Origin: a virus | Taxonomy: Duplodnaviria > Caudoviricetes | Direction: 5' to 3' (one strand) | DNA length: 50,086 nt | IMG/VR virus record: IMGVR_UViG_3300017747_005419 | Span: 1 to 50,086 of that record | Shown here: positions 29,823 through 38,711 of the stretch, piece after piece | How positions within the stretch are numbered: position 1 is the stretch's first letter | How the letters are laid out: every line of letters begins with the position of its first letter | Translations under genes and position numbers: made by a program | The notes under the pieces: model-generated | What the model was told of the DNA's origin: nothing | The model's input: the letters and a program-made list of their open reading frames with translations, nothing else | The model's database searches: none

Positions 29823-30740
29823 ATGGCACGCAAGTATCAGAACTTCATCTCGGGCACGCTCGGCACGGGCATCTCGAGCACCGACACAGCGCTCTCGTCG
29901 ACGGGGCTGAGTGCCATGACGGCCGTGTCGAACCCCGACGTCATGGCCGTCATCTTGGACCCCGCAGGGGTCAACGGTGCGCCCGAGATCATCCACGTCG
30001 TGGCGCACTCGGCCTCGGCGACGACGGCCACGGTGCTGCGTGGCCAGGAGGGCACGACGGCGCGCTCGCACAACTCGGGCGTGGCGTGGGTGCACGGCAT
30101 CACCGACACCGACGTCGAACGCCTCGACACGATCGAGGCGAACGGGTGGGTGACCGAGGCGCGCCTCGTCGACGGTGCGGTGGCTGCGGCGAAGATCGCA
30201 GCGAACGCCGTGGTGGCCGGCAAGATCGCCGCCGGTGCGATCAACAACGCCAACGCTTTCGCCACCGGCGTCGTCGACGCTGCAGCGATCGGTGCCGGCG
30301 CCGTCGGCACCAGCGAGCTGGCCGACGGTTCGGTGACCTCAGCCAAGCTGGCCGTGCTGTCGACCGGACGATGGGCGAGCGGCTCGGTGTCGCTCACCGG
30401 CGGCTCGTTCGTCACGCTGACGTGGACCTCCGAATCGGAGGACGACCTGAGCTCGGCGGCGCCGAGCTTCACCAACTGGACCGCTCCAGCGGCGGGCGTC
30501 TACGTCTTCCATGCGACGATCGTGCCGGCGGCAGGCCCGGGGGCCACGGGTCAGATCGCCGCTGTCGTCAACAGCGCGATCGTTCACCCGCTCGCCCTCG
30601 CCAACTCGTCGAGCCAACAGGGCGGCACCTGGACGCTGGTGCTCGGTGCCGGCGACACGGTCTACATCGCTGTGCTCGCAGCGAGCACGATCACCAACAA
30701 CAGCGGTGCTCTGCGCATCGTGCGGCTGGGTTTGGTGTGA
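29823..30740 (+). CDS. tail fibre-like protein
   Basis: EII.V...TVLRGQEGTTARSH N-domain, AV.A.KIA repeats, C1q-like C-terminus (APAAGVY...LGAGDTV). Confidence 0.65.
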   Translation: MARKYQNFISGTLGTGISSTDTALSSTGLSAMTAVSNPDVMAVILDPAGVNGAPEIIHVVAHSASATTATVLRGQEGTTARSHNSGVAWVHGITDTDVERLDTIEANGWVTEARLVDGAVAAAKIAANAVVAGKIAAGAINNANAFATGVVDAAAIGAGAVGTSELADGSVTSAKLAVLSTGRWASGSVSLTGGSFVTLTWTSESEDDLSSAAPSFTNWTAPAAGVYVFHATIVPAAGPGATGQIAAVVNSAIVHPLALANSSSQQGGTWTLVLGAGDTVYIAVLAASTITNNSGALRIVRLGLV

Positions 30741-31453
30741 GCTCGCACCCCGAGCTCGTCGCACGGCGCGAAGCGTTCTTCGATGCCGTCGAGCGCGAGC
30801 TCGGGCTGCCGCGCCCATCGGTCGTGACCGATACGCGCGACGGCGAGCAGCAGGTGATCTTCTTCGTGCAGTGGAAGAACTACCTCGCCGGTCGCAAGCC
30901 GGCGCGCGCCATCGAGGCAGCGAACCCGTACGCCCTCGGTGCGTGGTGCCCACCCGAGCTCGGTGAGTGGCAGGTCAAAGGTTCGAAGCACATGTTGCAG
31001 GCCGACGGGTACAGCCACACCGAGGACTGGGACTGGAACCTGCCCACCAACGACGACCCACGCATCGAACGCCTCCTGCACCCGCTCGCCGCACGCTTCG
31101 GCTTCGCCTTCCCGGTGCCGAAGGAGAACTGGCACGCCGAGTGGTGGGTGAAGGACGGCCGTGGTGGCTCGGTCATCCTCGAGCGATACGACAAGATTCC
31201 AGAGCCCGACCCTGTGGTGCCCCCGCCACCGAAGGAGCGAGAGATGCCCTACCTGATCATCATCGGCAGCCAGCCAGGCGACGCCTGGTTCGCCGTGTAC
31301 CCCTCGGGCCTGGTGCGCCACATCGGCGGCACCGAGGCCGGGTTCTACGTCGGCGACGGCGCCACCGTGAAGGTGCCCACGCTCGTCGAGCAGGACGACG
31401 AGGCCTACAAGGGCCTCATCGGCCAGAGCGGCACCGCTTGGCGGCGCTCGTGA
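30737..31453 (+). CDS. endolysin, M15-family zinc peptidase with Pro linker and C-terminal domain
   Basis: GTG at 30737 (GTGA overlap). TR...QQ, AANP, SKH...D, FGF.FPV..ENWH are M15 motifs. Confidence 0.75.
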   Translation: MSSHPELVARREAFFDAVERELGLPRPSVVTDTRDGEQQVIFFVQWKNYLAGRKPARAIEAANPYALGAWCPPELGEWQVKGSKHMLQADGYSHTEDWDWNLPTNDDPRIERLLHPLAARFGFAFPVPKENWHAEWWVKDGRGGSVILERYDKIPEPDPVVPPPPKEREMPYLIIIGSQPGDAWFAVYPSGLVRHIGGTEAGFYVGDGATVKVPTLVEQDDEAYKGLIGQSGTAWRRS

Positions 31454-33621
31454 CCGGATACCTGGGCGGCGCCGCCCTCGGCACGACGGCCCTCGCCGGC
31501 ACGCACGTCTGGTCGGTCATCAGCCTCGCCATCACGGCGCCGGGCGTGTCGACCACCGACGACAACGTGACGGTGGTGTGGACCTACAGCGACAGCTTGG
31601 GCTACGCCCAGGCTGCGTGGCGCGTGCGCCTCCTCACCCCACTCGACGTGGTGCTCGACGACTCGGGGTGGATGACCGGCACCGACCTGTCGCACCTCGT
31701 CGACTACACGCTGTCGGGGAACTCGAGCTACGTGGCCGAGGTGTCGGTGCGCAACACCGACAGCCAGGTGGCCACCACCACCCGGGCCTTCCTCGCCGAG
31801 GGTGTGCCGTCGGTGACGATCGTGAACCCCGACGTCGGCAAGCTGTGGGACGTGGCCATCAACGGCGTCGGCTACCAGCTGCTCACCGAGGGCGATGCGC
31901 AGTACAAGCGCCAGACGGTCGCCCTCGATGCGCCACGCTTCGCCACGGCCGAGACGCCCCTCAACGGGGCGATCGAGCGGTACACGTTCATCGCCGACTC
32001 GGACCTGTCCGGCGGCGCCGGCCAGACCGAGGGCGATCGCACCTCGAGCTCGCCGACGCGCTACCGCGACGGCCGCGGCGTCGACCCGTTCACCACCCCC
32101 GGCGTGGTGGGCCTGCTGCCCACCACCACCAAGGCGCTGACCGCCACCAACGCCGGGCTGAAGCTGGCGCCCGTAGGCGCCTCGCTGTACGCCGTCACGG
32201 GCGACAAGCAGCTGTCATACCTCTCGACGCTCGGCGGCGCCGCCACGGCGCTCACCGTGGCTGCAGCGGGGACGATCACGAGCCTCACCTCCGACGGCAG
32301 CAAGTGGTACGCCGCCGACGGGACCGGCGTGTGGCGTGGGACCACGACGGACCCCGGCGCTGCATGGAGTGCCGAGAACGCCGTCGAGGTGTGCTGGGCC
32401 GGGTCGCGCATCTGCGCAGCGGTCATCGGCAGCGGCACCACGCCGAACGTGCTGAAGACGCTGACCGATGCCGGCGCCGTCGAGGCGACGCACCTGACGC
32501 TGCCCGAGGGCCAGACGATCACCGCCCTCACCCCGGGCGGCGCCTACCTGTACTTCGCCGTGTACGCCGGCAACGTCGGCGCCATCTACGCCTGGCAGAT
32601 CGGCTCGAGCGATGCGCCCCGGGTGGTGTGGAACCTCCCCAACGGTGAGTCACCTCGGGGCTTGTTCTGGTACCAGGGCCAGCTGATGGTGCGCGCCTCG
32701 CGCAACGGCCTCGGCGTCATCTACCGCTGCCCGACGAACGACTCGGGTGCCATCACCCCCGTGCTCCTCGCCGAGCCGCTCGACCCCGTCGTCGACGGGG
32801 TGGGCTCGGGCTTCACGGCGCGCGGTGCGTTCGTGTACTGGGGGTGGTCGGCGATGTCGAGCACCACCTCGGGCGTCGGCATCATCAACCTCACCACCGG
32901 CGGGTGGTGCAAGGGCCTCGAGGCCATCGACTCGGGCGGCTCCGCTGTGAGCTCGTGCGAGCTGTGGCAGGGCAAGCTGGCCTTCGCCGTGCGCGGCCTC
33001 GGCATCTACGTGGAGGACGACGAGCTCGTCGACAGCGGGTGGTTCACGACGTCGGTGCGCGACGGCGCCTCGGCGCTCGAGAAGGTGTGGTCGGAGGTGA
33101 CGCTGCAGGCCGAGCCGCTGACCCTCGACGCCGAGATCGACGTCGAGTACTCCGTCGACCGCGGCCAGTCGTTCATCGCCTTGCCGGGCGGCACGATGAC
33201 CGGCAACGGCACGGTGCGCAAGACGGCCACGCTCGGTGTCACCTCGAGCAACCTGTCGTGGAAGGTCACGCTCACCGGCGGTGGTGCGCGCCTCACCATG
33301 GTGCAGTCGAAGGTGCACATCCTCGGCCTGGCCGACCAGCTGCTGATGCTGCCCATCGACTGCCGCGACGACATCCGTGCGGCGAGCGGCGCGCGCACCG
33401 GTCGCACGATCGGTGCCGGCGTGGCCCTCGTGCGCTCCCTGGAGGCGCTTGCGCAGACCCAGGTGGTGGTACAGGACATCGACTGGCCCCAGACGGGGCT
33501 CGTGGAGTCCTACGAGGTGCTGAAGGTGGACGTCGACGCCAAGTTCAAGCGTGAGGCACGCACCTCGGTCAACTCGCTCGGGTTGACCGCCATGGTGACG
33601 CTGCGTCGGAGCCTGCGATGA
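31450..33621 (+). CDS. tail nozzle/stabilisation-like beta-propeller protein with N-terminal Fn3-like domain
   Basis: GTG at 31450; 723 aa beta-rich repeats. SGGAGQ...GVDPFT.PG, C-terminal SGWFTTS...KVW typical of short-tail nozzles. Confidence 0.55.
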   Translation: MTGYLGGAALGTTALAGTHVWSVISLAITAPGVSTTDDNVTVVWTYSDSLGYAQAAWRVRLLTPLDVVLDDSGWMTGTDLSHLVDYTLSGNSSYVAEVSVRNTDSQVATTTRAFLAEGVPSVTIVNPDVGKLWDVAINGVGYQLLTEGDAQYKRQTVALDAPRFATAETPLNGAIERYTFIADSDLSGGAGQTEGDRTSSSPTRYRDGRGVDPFTTPGVVGLLPTTTKALTATNAGLKLAPVGASLYAVTGDKQLSYLSTLGGAATALTVAAAGTITSLTSDGSKWYAADGTGVWRGTTTDPGAAWSAENAVEVCWAGSRICAAVIGSGTTPNVLKTLTDAGAVEATHLTLPEGQTITALTPGGAYLYFAVYAGNVGAIYAWQIGSSDAPRVVWNLPNGESPRGLFWYQGQLMVRASRNGLGVIYRCPTNDSGAITPVLLAEPLDPVVDGVGSGFTARGAFVYWGWSAMSSTTSGVGIINLTTGGWCKGLEAIDSGGSAVSSCELWQGKLAFAVRGLGIYVEDDELVDSGWFTTSVRDGASALEKVWSEVTLQAEPLTLDAEIDVEYSVDRGQSFIALPGGTMTGNGTVRKTATLGVTSSNLSWKVTLTGGGARLTMVQSKVHILGLADQLLMLPIDCRDDIRAASGARTGRTIGAGVALVRSLEALAQTQVVVQDIDWPQTGLVESYEVLKVDVDAKFKREARTSVNSLGLTAMVTLRRSLR

Positions 33622-34073
33622 CCGCCGGTGACGTGGCGGTGCTGCTCGGCGTGATGATCGGTGGGCTCACCGGCCTGACGGCGTTCGTGGCGGCGGTGTT
33701 CCGCATCGCCAAGGCGATGGCCGACGACGTGCGCGCCATCAACCGGGCGGTGAACCACCAGGATCCCGGCGAGCCGACGCTCATCGATCGCGTGAAGAAG
33801 CTCGGCGAGGATCAGGCGGTGCACGTCGAAGCGGCGAAGGGCATCGCAGCGCGCGTCGAGGTGATCGAGACGTGGAACAGCAACCGCCACATCCAGAACC
33901 AGAACGAGCTCAGGCGCATCAACAGCACGCTCACCACGGTGCTCGAGCGCCTCGACAAGGTCGAGGAGCGCCAAGGCGTGGCCGAGGACAAGGCCACCGA
34001 ACGCTTCGACGCCTCGCCGCTGCCGTTGCCGGCAGTGATCGAGCTGCACCACCGCCTAGACCCATCAGAATAG
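33618..34073 (+). CDS. membrane-anchored coiled-coil protein
   Basis: N-terminal TM segment followed by heptad-like region; lies in the lysis region. Confidence 0.65.
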   Translation: MTAGDVAVLLGVMIGGLTGLTAFVAAVFRIAKAMADDVRAINRAVNHQDPGEPTLIDRVKKLGEDQAVHVEAAKGIAARVEVIETWNSNRHIQNQNELRRINSTLTTVLERLDKVEERQGVAEDKATERFDASPLPLPAVIELHHRLDPSE

Positions 34074-34085
34074 TTAGGAGAACAC

Positions 34086-34181
34086 ATGTTCGCACTGACC
34101 CTCGCCGACAAGGTGACGATCAACATGGTGTTGTTGATCGTGATCCTCGTCGTGCTCCTCATCCCGTTCGCACGCCGATGA
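34086..34181 (+). CDS. 31-aa membrane microprotein
   Basis: AGGAG RBS. MFALTLADKVTINMVLLIVILVVLLIPFARR; ATGA overlap with the next gene. Confidence 0.6.
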   Translation: MFALTLADKVTINMVLLIVILVVLLIPFARR

Positions 34182-34468
34182 ACGAGACTCTCGAGCGTCT
34201 CAAGACGCTGTTCACCGCAGCCCCCACCTGGCTGGTGCTCGCTGCCGCCATCGTCGTCGAGGTGCGCGACTCGATCGCCGAGGTGTTCCCCGGCATCGGG
34301 GAAGACGTCGCCGGCATCGCCGCTCCGATCCTCGCCGTGCTCGCCGTCGCCGTGCTCATCGTGCGGCGCGTCACCACGGTCATCAAGGCCGACCGCGGTC
34401 TGCTCCCCGTCGTCAACCCCACGCCGCTCAACACGCAAGCGCCGGGCCCGATGGACGGCGGTGCATGA
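34178..34468 (+). CDS. holin (putative)
   Basis: 96 aa with two TM segments followed by RR; lies in the lysis cassette. Confidence 0.6.
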   Translation: MNETLERLKTLFTAAPTWLVLAAAIVVEVRDSIAEVFPGIGEDVAGIAAPILAVLAVAVLIVRRVTTVIKADRGLLPVVNPTPLNTQAPGPMDGGA

Positions 34469-35380
34469 ATGCCCACCAACGATGAGCTGCGAGCGATGCT
34501 GGCCGCTGCCGAGTCCAAGGTGCAGCAGGGTGTCAGCGAGCTCTTCAACGTGCTCGGGCACATGGCCGCGATCCCCGCACTACCACCACCGGTGGTTCCC
34601 CCAACCGTGCCGCCTCCAGTTCCCCCCCCGCCAGTAGCACCGTGGACCGTCGGGGTCGACAGCTCGAAGTGGGGGCTCGTGCACGCCACCGACTTCGACG
34701 TGCCGGCGCCGCTCGGTTCGTGGCGCACCTACGACCAGGCACCCGTGCCGGGCTACCCGTTCATCCGCGCCTACAGCGACGGGTGGGAGGACACCAACGG
34801 CAAGCCGGTGGCGCGCGGCGGGCGCGGCGGCAACAGCCGCTATCACCCGTCGACGGTGATGGAGGTGCGCAACGGGCAGCTGATCAAGAACCTGTACAAC
34901 GACGGCCAAGGCGAACGCTCTGCGGCGTTCGTCGTCGGCGGCAACCAGCTCAGCGGGCGCTATGCGATCAACTTCGTGGCCGACCCGCTGCCCGGGTTCA
35001 AGACGGCGTACCTGTTGTGGCCCGAGCGCGATGACCTGTGGCCACGGATGGGTGAGCTCGACTTCCCCGAGGGCTCGCTCAACGGAGTCATCGCCGGCTT
35101 CATGCACCGCCAGGATGCGACGTCGGGATCCGACCAGGACTTCGTGCGCACCTCGGCGCGCTACACCGAGCCGCACACGGCCGTCATCGAGTGGGAGGCC
35201 GGCAAGCGGGTGGCCTACTACCTCGACGGCACCATCGTCGGCGAGTGGACGAACCGGATCCCGAAGGGGCCGATGCACTGGGTCGTGCAGACCGAGGCGA
35301 ACATCGGCGGCGAGCGTGCGCCGGTCGGCACGCGAGGCCAGCTGAAGATCAACTGGCTGGCCATGTGGAAGAGGCTCTGA
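34469..35380 (+). CDS. GH16-like glycoside hydrolase with N-terminal helix and poly-Pro linker
   Basis: AYLLWP...GELDFPEG (ExDxxE)...HTAVIEW...YYLDG...PMHW. Confidence 0.75.
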   Translation: MPTNDELRAMLAAAESKVQQGVSELFNVLGHMAAIPALPPPVVPPTVPPPVPPPPVAPWTVGVDSSKWGLVHATDFDVPAPLGSWRTYDQAPVPGYPFIRAYSDGWEDTNGKPVARGGRGGNSRYHPSTVMEVRNGQLIKNLYNDGQGERSAAFVVGGNQLSGRYAINFVADPLPGFKTAYLLWPERDDLWPRMGELDFPEGSLNGVIAGFMHRQDATSGSDQDFVRTSARYTEPHTAVIEWEAGKRVAYYLDGTIVGEWTNRIPKGPMHWVVQTEANIGGERAPVGTRGQLKINWLAMWKRL

Positions 35381-35491
35381 CGGCAGTTGCGCAGTGCCCT
35401 CGAGGGCACTAAACCACCGGCTCCATGAACACCTTCCGGCGGGGCGACTACCACCACAGGCTGCAGCGTTCGTTGAGCGCCCGACATGCGA

Positions 35492-35525
35492 AGAGGGCCC
35501 CCCGAAGGGGGCCCTCTCGTCTTTG
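35492..35525. terminator. bidirectional terminator between convergent arms
   Basis: AGAGGGCCCCC-CGAA-GGGGGCCCTCT (11 bp) followed by CGTCTTTGT. Confidence 0.75.
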
Positions 35526-35711
35526 TCAGGTGGTGCGCTTGTAGATGGCGAGGCGACGGTGACCGTCGTGGTCCTGCGGTGGGAGCACCCGCTGCAGGGT
35601 CCACGACCCTTCGTCGTCTTCGATGACGTCGGGGGGGACGTTGTGCGTGTCGAGCACCTCGACGGAGCCGAGGTCGTCGACGAAGCGGCACAGCGCCCGG
35701 ATGGTGGGCAT
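35526..35711 (-). CDS. hypothetical protein
   Basis: AAGGAG RBS. MPTIRALCRFVDDLGSVEVL... Confidence 0.65.
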   Translation of the reverse strand: MPTIRALCRFVDDLGSVEVLDTHNVPPDVIEDDEGSWTLQRVLPPQDHDGHRRLAIYKRTT

Positions 35712-35713
35712 GG

Positions 35714-36346
35714 TTACTCCTTCCTGAGGTTCTCCAGGGGCACGGTGGTGAACGGGGACTTGGTCCACTCGTCCCACAGGACGGTGGCGTAGGGGGCCAT
35801 CGTCTCGGGGGTGCGACCGTAGCTGTGCATCGACACGACGATGCCGGCGCGCTTGGTGCCGGCGTACACGACGCGCGAGTCCAGGCTGATCGGCGCCCGT
35901 GCTTCGAGTGCAGCGCGGATCTGGGGCCCGATGAGGGAGTCGACGTGGGCTGCGGCGCGGTGTTCTCCGTTGAGCCACGCCTTGGCGTCGTGCTCTTCGA
36001 GCAGCAACGTGACGACGACCGGGTCGGGCACCGGGCGGGTGCCCGGCAGCGTCGGCACCTCCTCGGGCGCTGGGGTGTCGGTGGTGTAGGTGACTTCGAC
36101 CCCGTGCGTCACCTCGGGGATGTCGGCGTAGTACTCGTCTTCTTCGTAGTCGGGGACGTTGTCGTCGATGTCGGTCATGGCTTCCTTCGGTTGGGTGTAC
36201 GGGATCTGGTTGTGCATGGCCTGCACGCGCCCGATGACCGAGCGCAACTCTTCGGCCGGCGTGTCGTCATACGGGCCGTACTCGACGCCGTCGATCACGC
36301 AGGCGTGCTCGTCGACCTCGCCGCAGTTCTCGCAGGGCTGGATCAT
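35714..36346 (-). CDS. hypothetical protein, SH3-like C-terminus, possible second start at 36178
   Basis: MIQPCENCG...; internal AAGGAAGCC-ATG at 36178; C-terminal SRVVY...GIVV...VLWD...V..ENL. Confidence 0.6.
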   Translation of the reverse strand: MIQPCENCGEVDEHACVIDGVEYGPYDDTPAEELRSVIGRVQAMHNQIPYTQPKEAMTDIDDNVPDYEEDEYYADIPEVTHGVEVTYTTDTPAPEEVPTLPGTRPVPDPVVVTLLLEEHDAKAWLNGEHRAAAHVDSLIGPQIRAALEARAPISLDSRVVYAGTKRAGIVVSMHSYGRTPETMAPYATVLWDEWTKSPFTTVPLENLRKE

Positions 36347-36501
36347 GCGGACACCGCACGATCCTCGAGCTCGGCCTCGAGCTCGAGCGCCCGACGACCG
36401 GCCTCTGCGCTGCCCTCGTGGTCGAGCACCCACCAGGCGGCTTCGAGCTCGGCGAGCAGGTCAGGGGTCGTCAAACTTCTTGGGGGAACAGGTGTACGCA
36501 T
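36343..36501 (-). CDS. hypothetical protein (52 aa)
   Basis: GAAGGAGCCACA-ATG. MRTPVPPRSLTTPDLLAELEAAWW...; ATGA overlap downstream. Confidence 0.65.
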   Translation of the reverse strand: MRTPVPPRSLTTPDLLAELEAAWWVLDHEGSAEAGRRALELEAELEDRAVSA

Positions 36502-36624
36502 TGTGGCTCCTTCAGTGAGTGTTTGCAGGGGCTGGACTCCCCGTGACTCGGACGCAACCGGTCATACGGGCCCGGATCGTCAGTGCACTGGTGCACCAGG
36601 CGGGACGATCACCCCTCGTCGAAC

Positions 36625-36654
36625 AGTGTATGTGCATTCGTCATATCGGCGCAA
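36625..36654 (-). promoter_or_regulatory. sigmaA-like promoter
   Basis: TTGCGC-N18-TACACT upstream of a structured ~115-nt leader. Confidence 0.5.
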
Positions 36655-36994
36655 GTCCTGGCCTGGGGCGCAGCGACTCGAGCAGCCCCCCAGGGGTCTG
36701 CACGAACCAGTACCACTCGCCCGGGTTCGACTTGCCGACCCGCTTCACGATCAGCACGCCGTGCGTGGCACCGGCGTTGAGCATCTCGGCGCGCAGCTCG
36801 TCTTGGAACTGGGCGAGCGTGATGCGCTTCACCGCCTTCACCTCGAACACGACGTGCGGCAGCTCCTTCACCACGATGTCGCCCTTGTCGAACATGCCGG
36901 CGCCGGCACGACGCTCGGCCGTGAAGCCGATCTCGTTGAGGTAGTTGACGACGGCCGTCTCGGCCTTCGTGCCCTTCTGCTTCGAGGCGCTCAT
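36641..36994 (-). CDS. Holliday junction resolvase (Hjc-like PD-(D/E)XK)
   Basis: MSASKQKGTKAETAVVNYL...ERR...DKGDI...VFEVK. Confidence 0.8.
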   Translation of the reverse strand: MSASKQKGTKAETAVVNYLNEIGFTAERRAGAGMFDKGDIVVKELPHVVFEVKAVKRITLAQFQDELRAEMLNAGATHGVLIVKRVGKSNPGEWYWFVQTPGGLLESLRPRPGLAPI

Positions 36995-37128
36995 TGCGTT
37001 CCTGCCAGTTTGTTCAGCACGTCGAGGGCGTTGAGGAGGTGCCGCTTGTCGTCGGGCCACAGCCCGGCGCTTTCGGCCAACACGAGGTTGACGTAGGCCG
37101 CAGCCTTGCGGGCGTTGCTGTTGCTCAC
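36991..37128 (-). CDS. hypothetical protein (45 aa)
   Basis: GTG start with GAGGA RBS; overlaps neighbours on both sides. Confidence 0.55.
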   Translation of the reverse strand: MSNSNARKAAAYVNLVLAESAGLWPDDKRHLLNALDVLNKLAGTQ

Positions 37129-37310
37129 TGGTTCCTCTTCTCGTGGTTGCGCACGTAGTCGCGCACCATCTTGCGCACCGCCGAAGCGACCGTGCGATCG
37201 TCGGCAGCCACCGCCGCCTTGAACGCCTCGTACAGCTCGGCGTCGAGCTCGACGATCATGCGAGCGTGCGTGTCGCGCCACTCAGGGGTGCGCGAGTTGG
37301 ACTTGGCCAT
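37125..37310 (-). CDS. ribbon-helix-helix DNA-binding protein
   Basis: RMIVELDAELYEAFKAAVAADDRTVASAVRKMVRDYV. Confidence 0.75.
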   Translation of the reverse strand: MAKSNSRTPEWRDTHARMIVELDAELYEAFKAAVAADDRTVASAVRKMVRDYVRNHEKRNQ

Positions 37311-38269
37311 CAGGGTTTCCATCCTCCGTTGATCGCCTCGGTGAAGTCCTTGAACACCGGCGGCACGCGCAGCTGGATGACCTGCGACCCGCTGCCCATG
37401 GCCATCGATCGGTTGTCGGCAGCCTGGCCGAGCATCGTCGAGAACCGCGTGCGGGCGCTCTCGCCGGCCGCATCGTTGTCGAAGCACAACGTGATCTCGA
37501 AGTGCTTGGCCACGAGCTCATCAGCCCAGTCCTGGCGCAGCGTGCTGGCGCCGCCAGGGAGGCCGTACACGCTCGTCTGGAGCGTGTTGGCGTACGCAGT
37601 CCAGCAGTCGGGCTCGCCTTCGACGACGAGGGCCCTCGGCCACCTCTCGGTGTAGAACGGATCGGGGCGGTACAGCTGTGCGCCGAAGCGCGAGCCCTTC
37701 ATCGACACCTTGTCGCCGGTCGACGTGTTGCGCACCTTCACGCCCACTACGCGCCCGTCGGGGTGGCGATGCGGGATCCACAAGGCGTTGGCGGCAGCGC
37801 GCACGCCGAAGCGATCGAGCACCATCGGCTCGATGCTCCAGCGGCGTGTCGCGAAGGCGATGGCGTCGTGCACCCAGCCGAGCTGACGGGCACCGTGCCC
37901 GTCGATGAGGAGCGGCACCGACTCGCTCAGGAAGCGGTCGGTGAGGTCGGTGTACTCGATCTCGCGCACCGGCGCCGCCGCCTGACGGATCGCCTTCGGC
38001 ACCTCCTCGGCGTCGACGTCGAGCGTGCGCGCCAGGTAGCGCACCGTCGCCGTGTAGCCCGAGCCGAGCACACGCATGGCGAGATCGATCGTGGAGCCGC
38101 GCCGGCCGCAGCCGTAGCAGTAGAAGTGACCGTCCTCGTAGAGGTGACACGACGCCGTCTTGTCGAAGTCGTGCTCGGGATCGGGGCAGTTGATCTTGCC
38201 GGTGCGGTCGGGCGGCTCGAGGTCGAGGGCCTCGAGCACCGCCCGCCAGTCGATGCGCTGCTCACTCAT
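37310..38269 (-). CDS. DNA primase (CHC2 zinc finger + TOPRIM)
   Basis: CP..EH.D..AS...FYCYGC; VVEGEPD, LPG, LCFDNDAAG, KDFTE. Confidence 0.9.
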   Translation of the reverse strand: MSEQRIDWRAVLEALDLEPPDRTGKINCPDPEHDFDKTASCHLYEDGHFYCYGCGRRGSTIDLAMRVLGSGYTATVRYLARTLDVDAEEVPKAIRQAAAPVREIEYTDLTDRFLSESVPLLIDGHGARQLGWVHDAIAFATRRWSIEPMVLDRFGVRAAANALWIPHRHPDGRVVGVKVRNTSTGDKVSMKGSRFGAQLYRPDPFYTERWPRALVVEGEPDCWTAYANTLQTSVYGLPGGASTLRQDWADELVAKHFEITLCFDNDAAGESARTRFSTMLGQAADNRSMAMGSGSQVIQLRVPPVFKDFTEAINGGWKP

Positions 38270-38711
38270 ATTCGATCTCGCCGCCGTTGTCGCGCACCCA
38301 CTTCATCATCGGGGCGTGGATCGTGTCGCAGTAGTCGTTGCCCTGCAGGCGCCACGCCACGATCGTCGCCCACTCCTCCGAGCCGAGCATGTTGATCGGC
38401 ACGTCGTCCTTCACCACCGACGGGATCTCGAGCGCCTCGTGCATGTGCTCGAACACGGCGACGAGCTTCAACGAGTCGTTCTCGTCGACCGCCTCCTTGG
38501 CGAGCTTCAGCATCTCGAGCATCGCCTCGATGAACCCGAGGGCGATGACCTTCTCCGCTTCACCGTCGAACGGCAGCGGGCCGGTGAGCTGCTCGGGTGC
38601 GATGTTGATGGCCAAGAACTCGGTGTCGGTCTTCTCGAAGAACTCGCGGAACATCGGCGGGATCGCATCGCGCGCCGACTGGGGCAGCTGGTTGTAGGTG
38701 AGCTTGTCCAT
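38262..38711 (-). CDS. hypothetical protein
   Basis: ATG at 38711 (TGATG). MDKLTYNQLPQSARDAIPP..., 149 aa. Confidence 0.7.
   Translation of the reverse strand: MDKLTYNQLPQSARDAIPPMFREFFEKTDTEFLAINIAPEQLTGPLPFDGEAEKVIALGFIEAMLEMLKLAKEAVDENDSLKLVAVFEHMHEALEIPSVVKDDVPINMLGSEEWATIVAWRLQGNDYCDTIHAPMMKWVRDNGGEIEYE

Noticed and set aside
36530-36620. Hammerhead ribozyme (CUGACGA present) or TPP riboswitch (GGGGUG...CCCGUAU resemblance)
   Set aside because: No GAAA core after a stem II, and the TPP UGAGA and CUGAU...AUGC motifs are missing.
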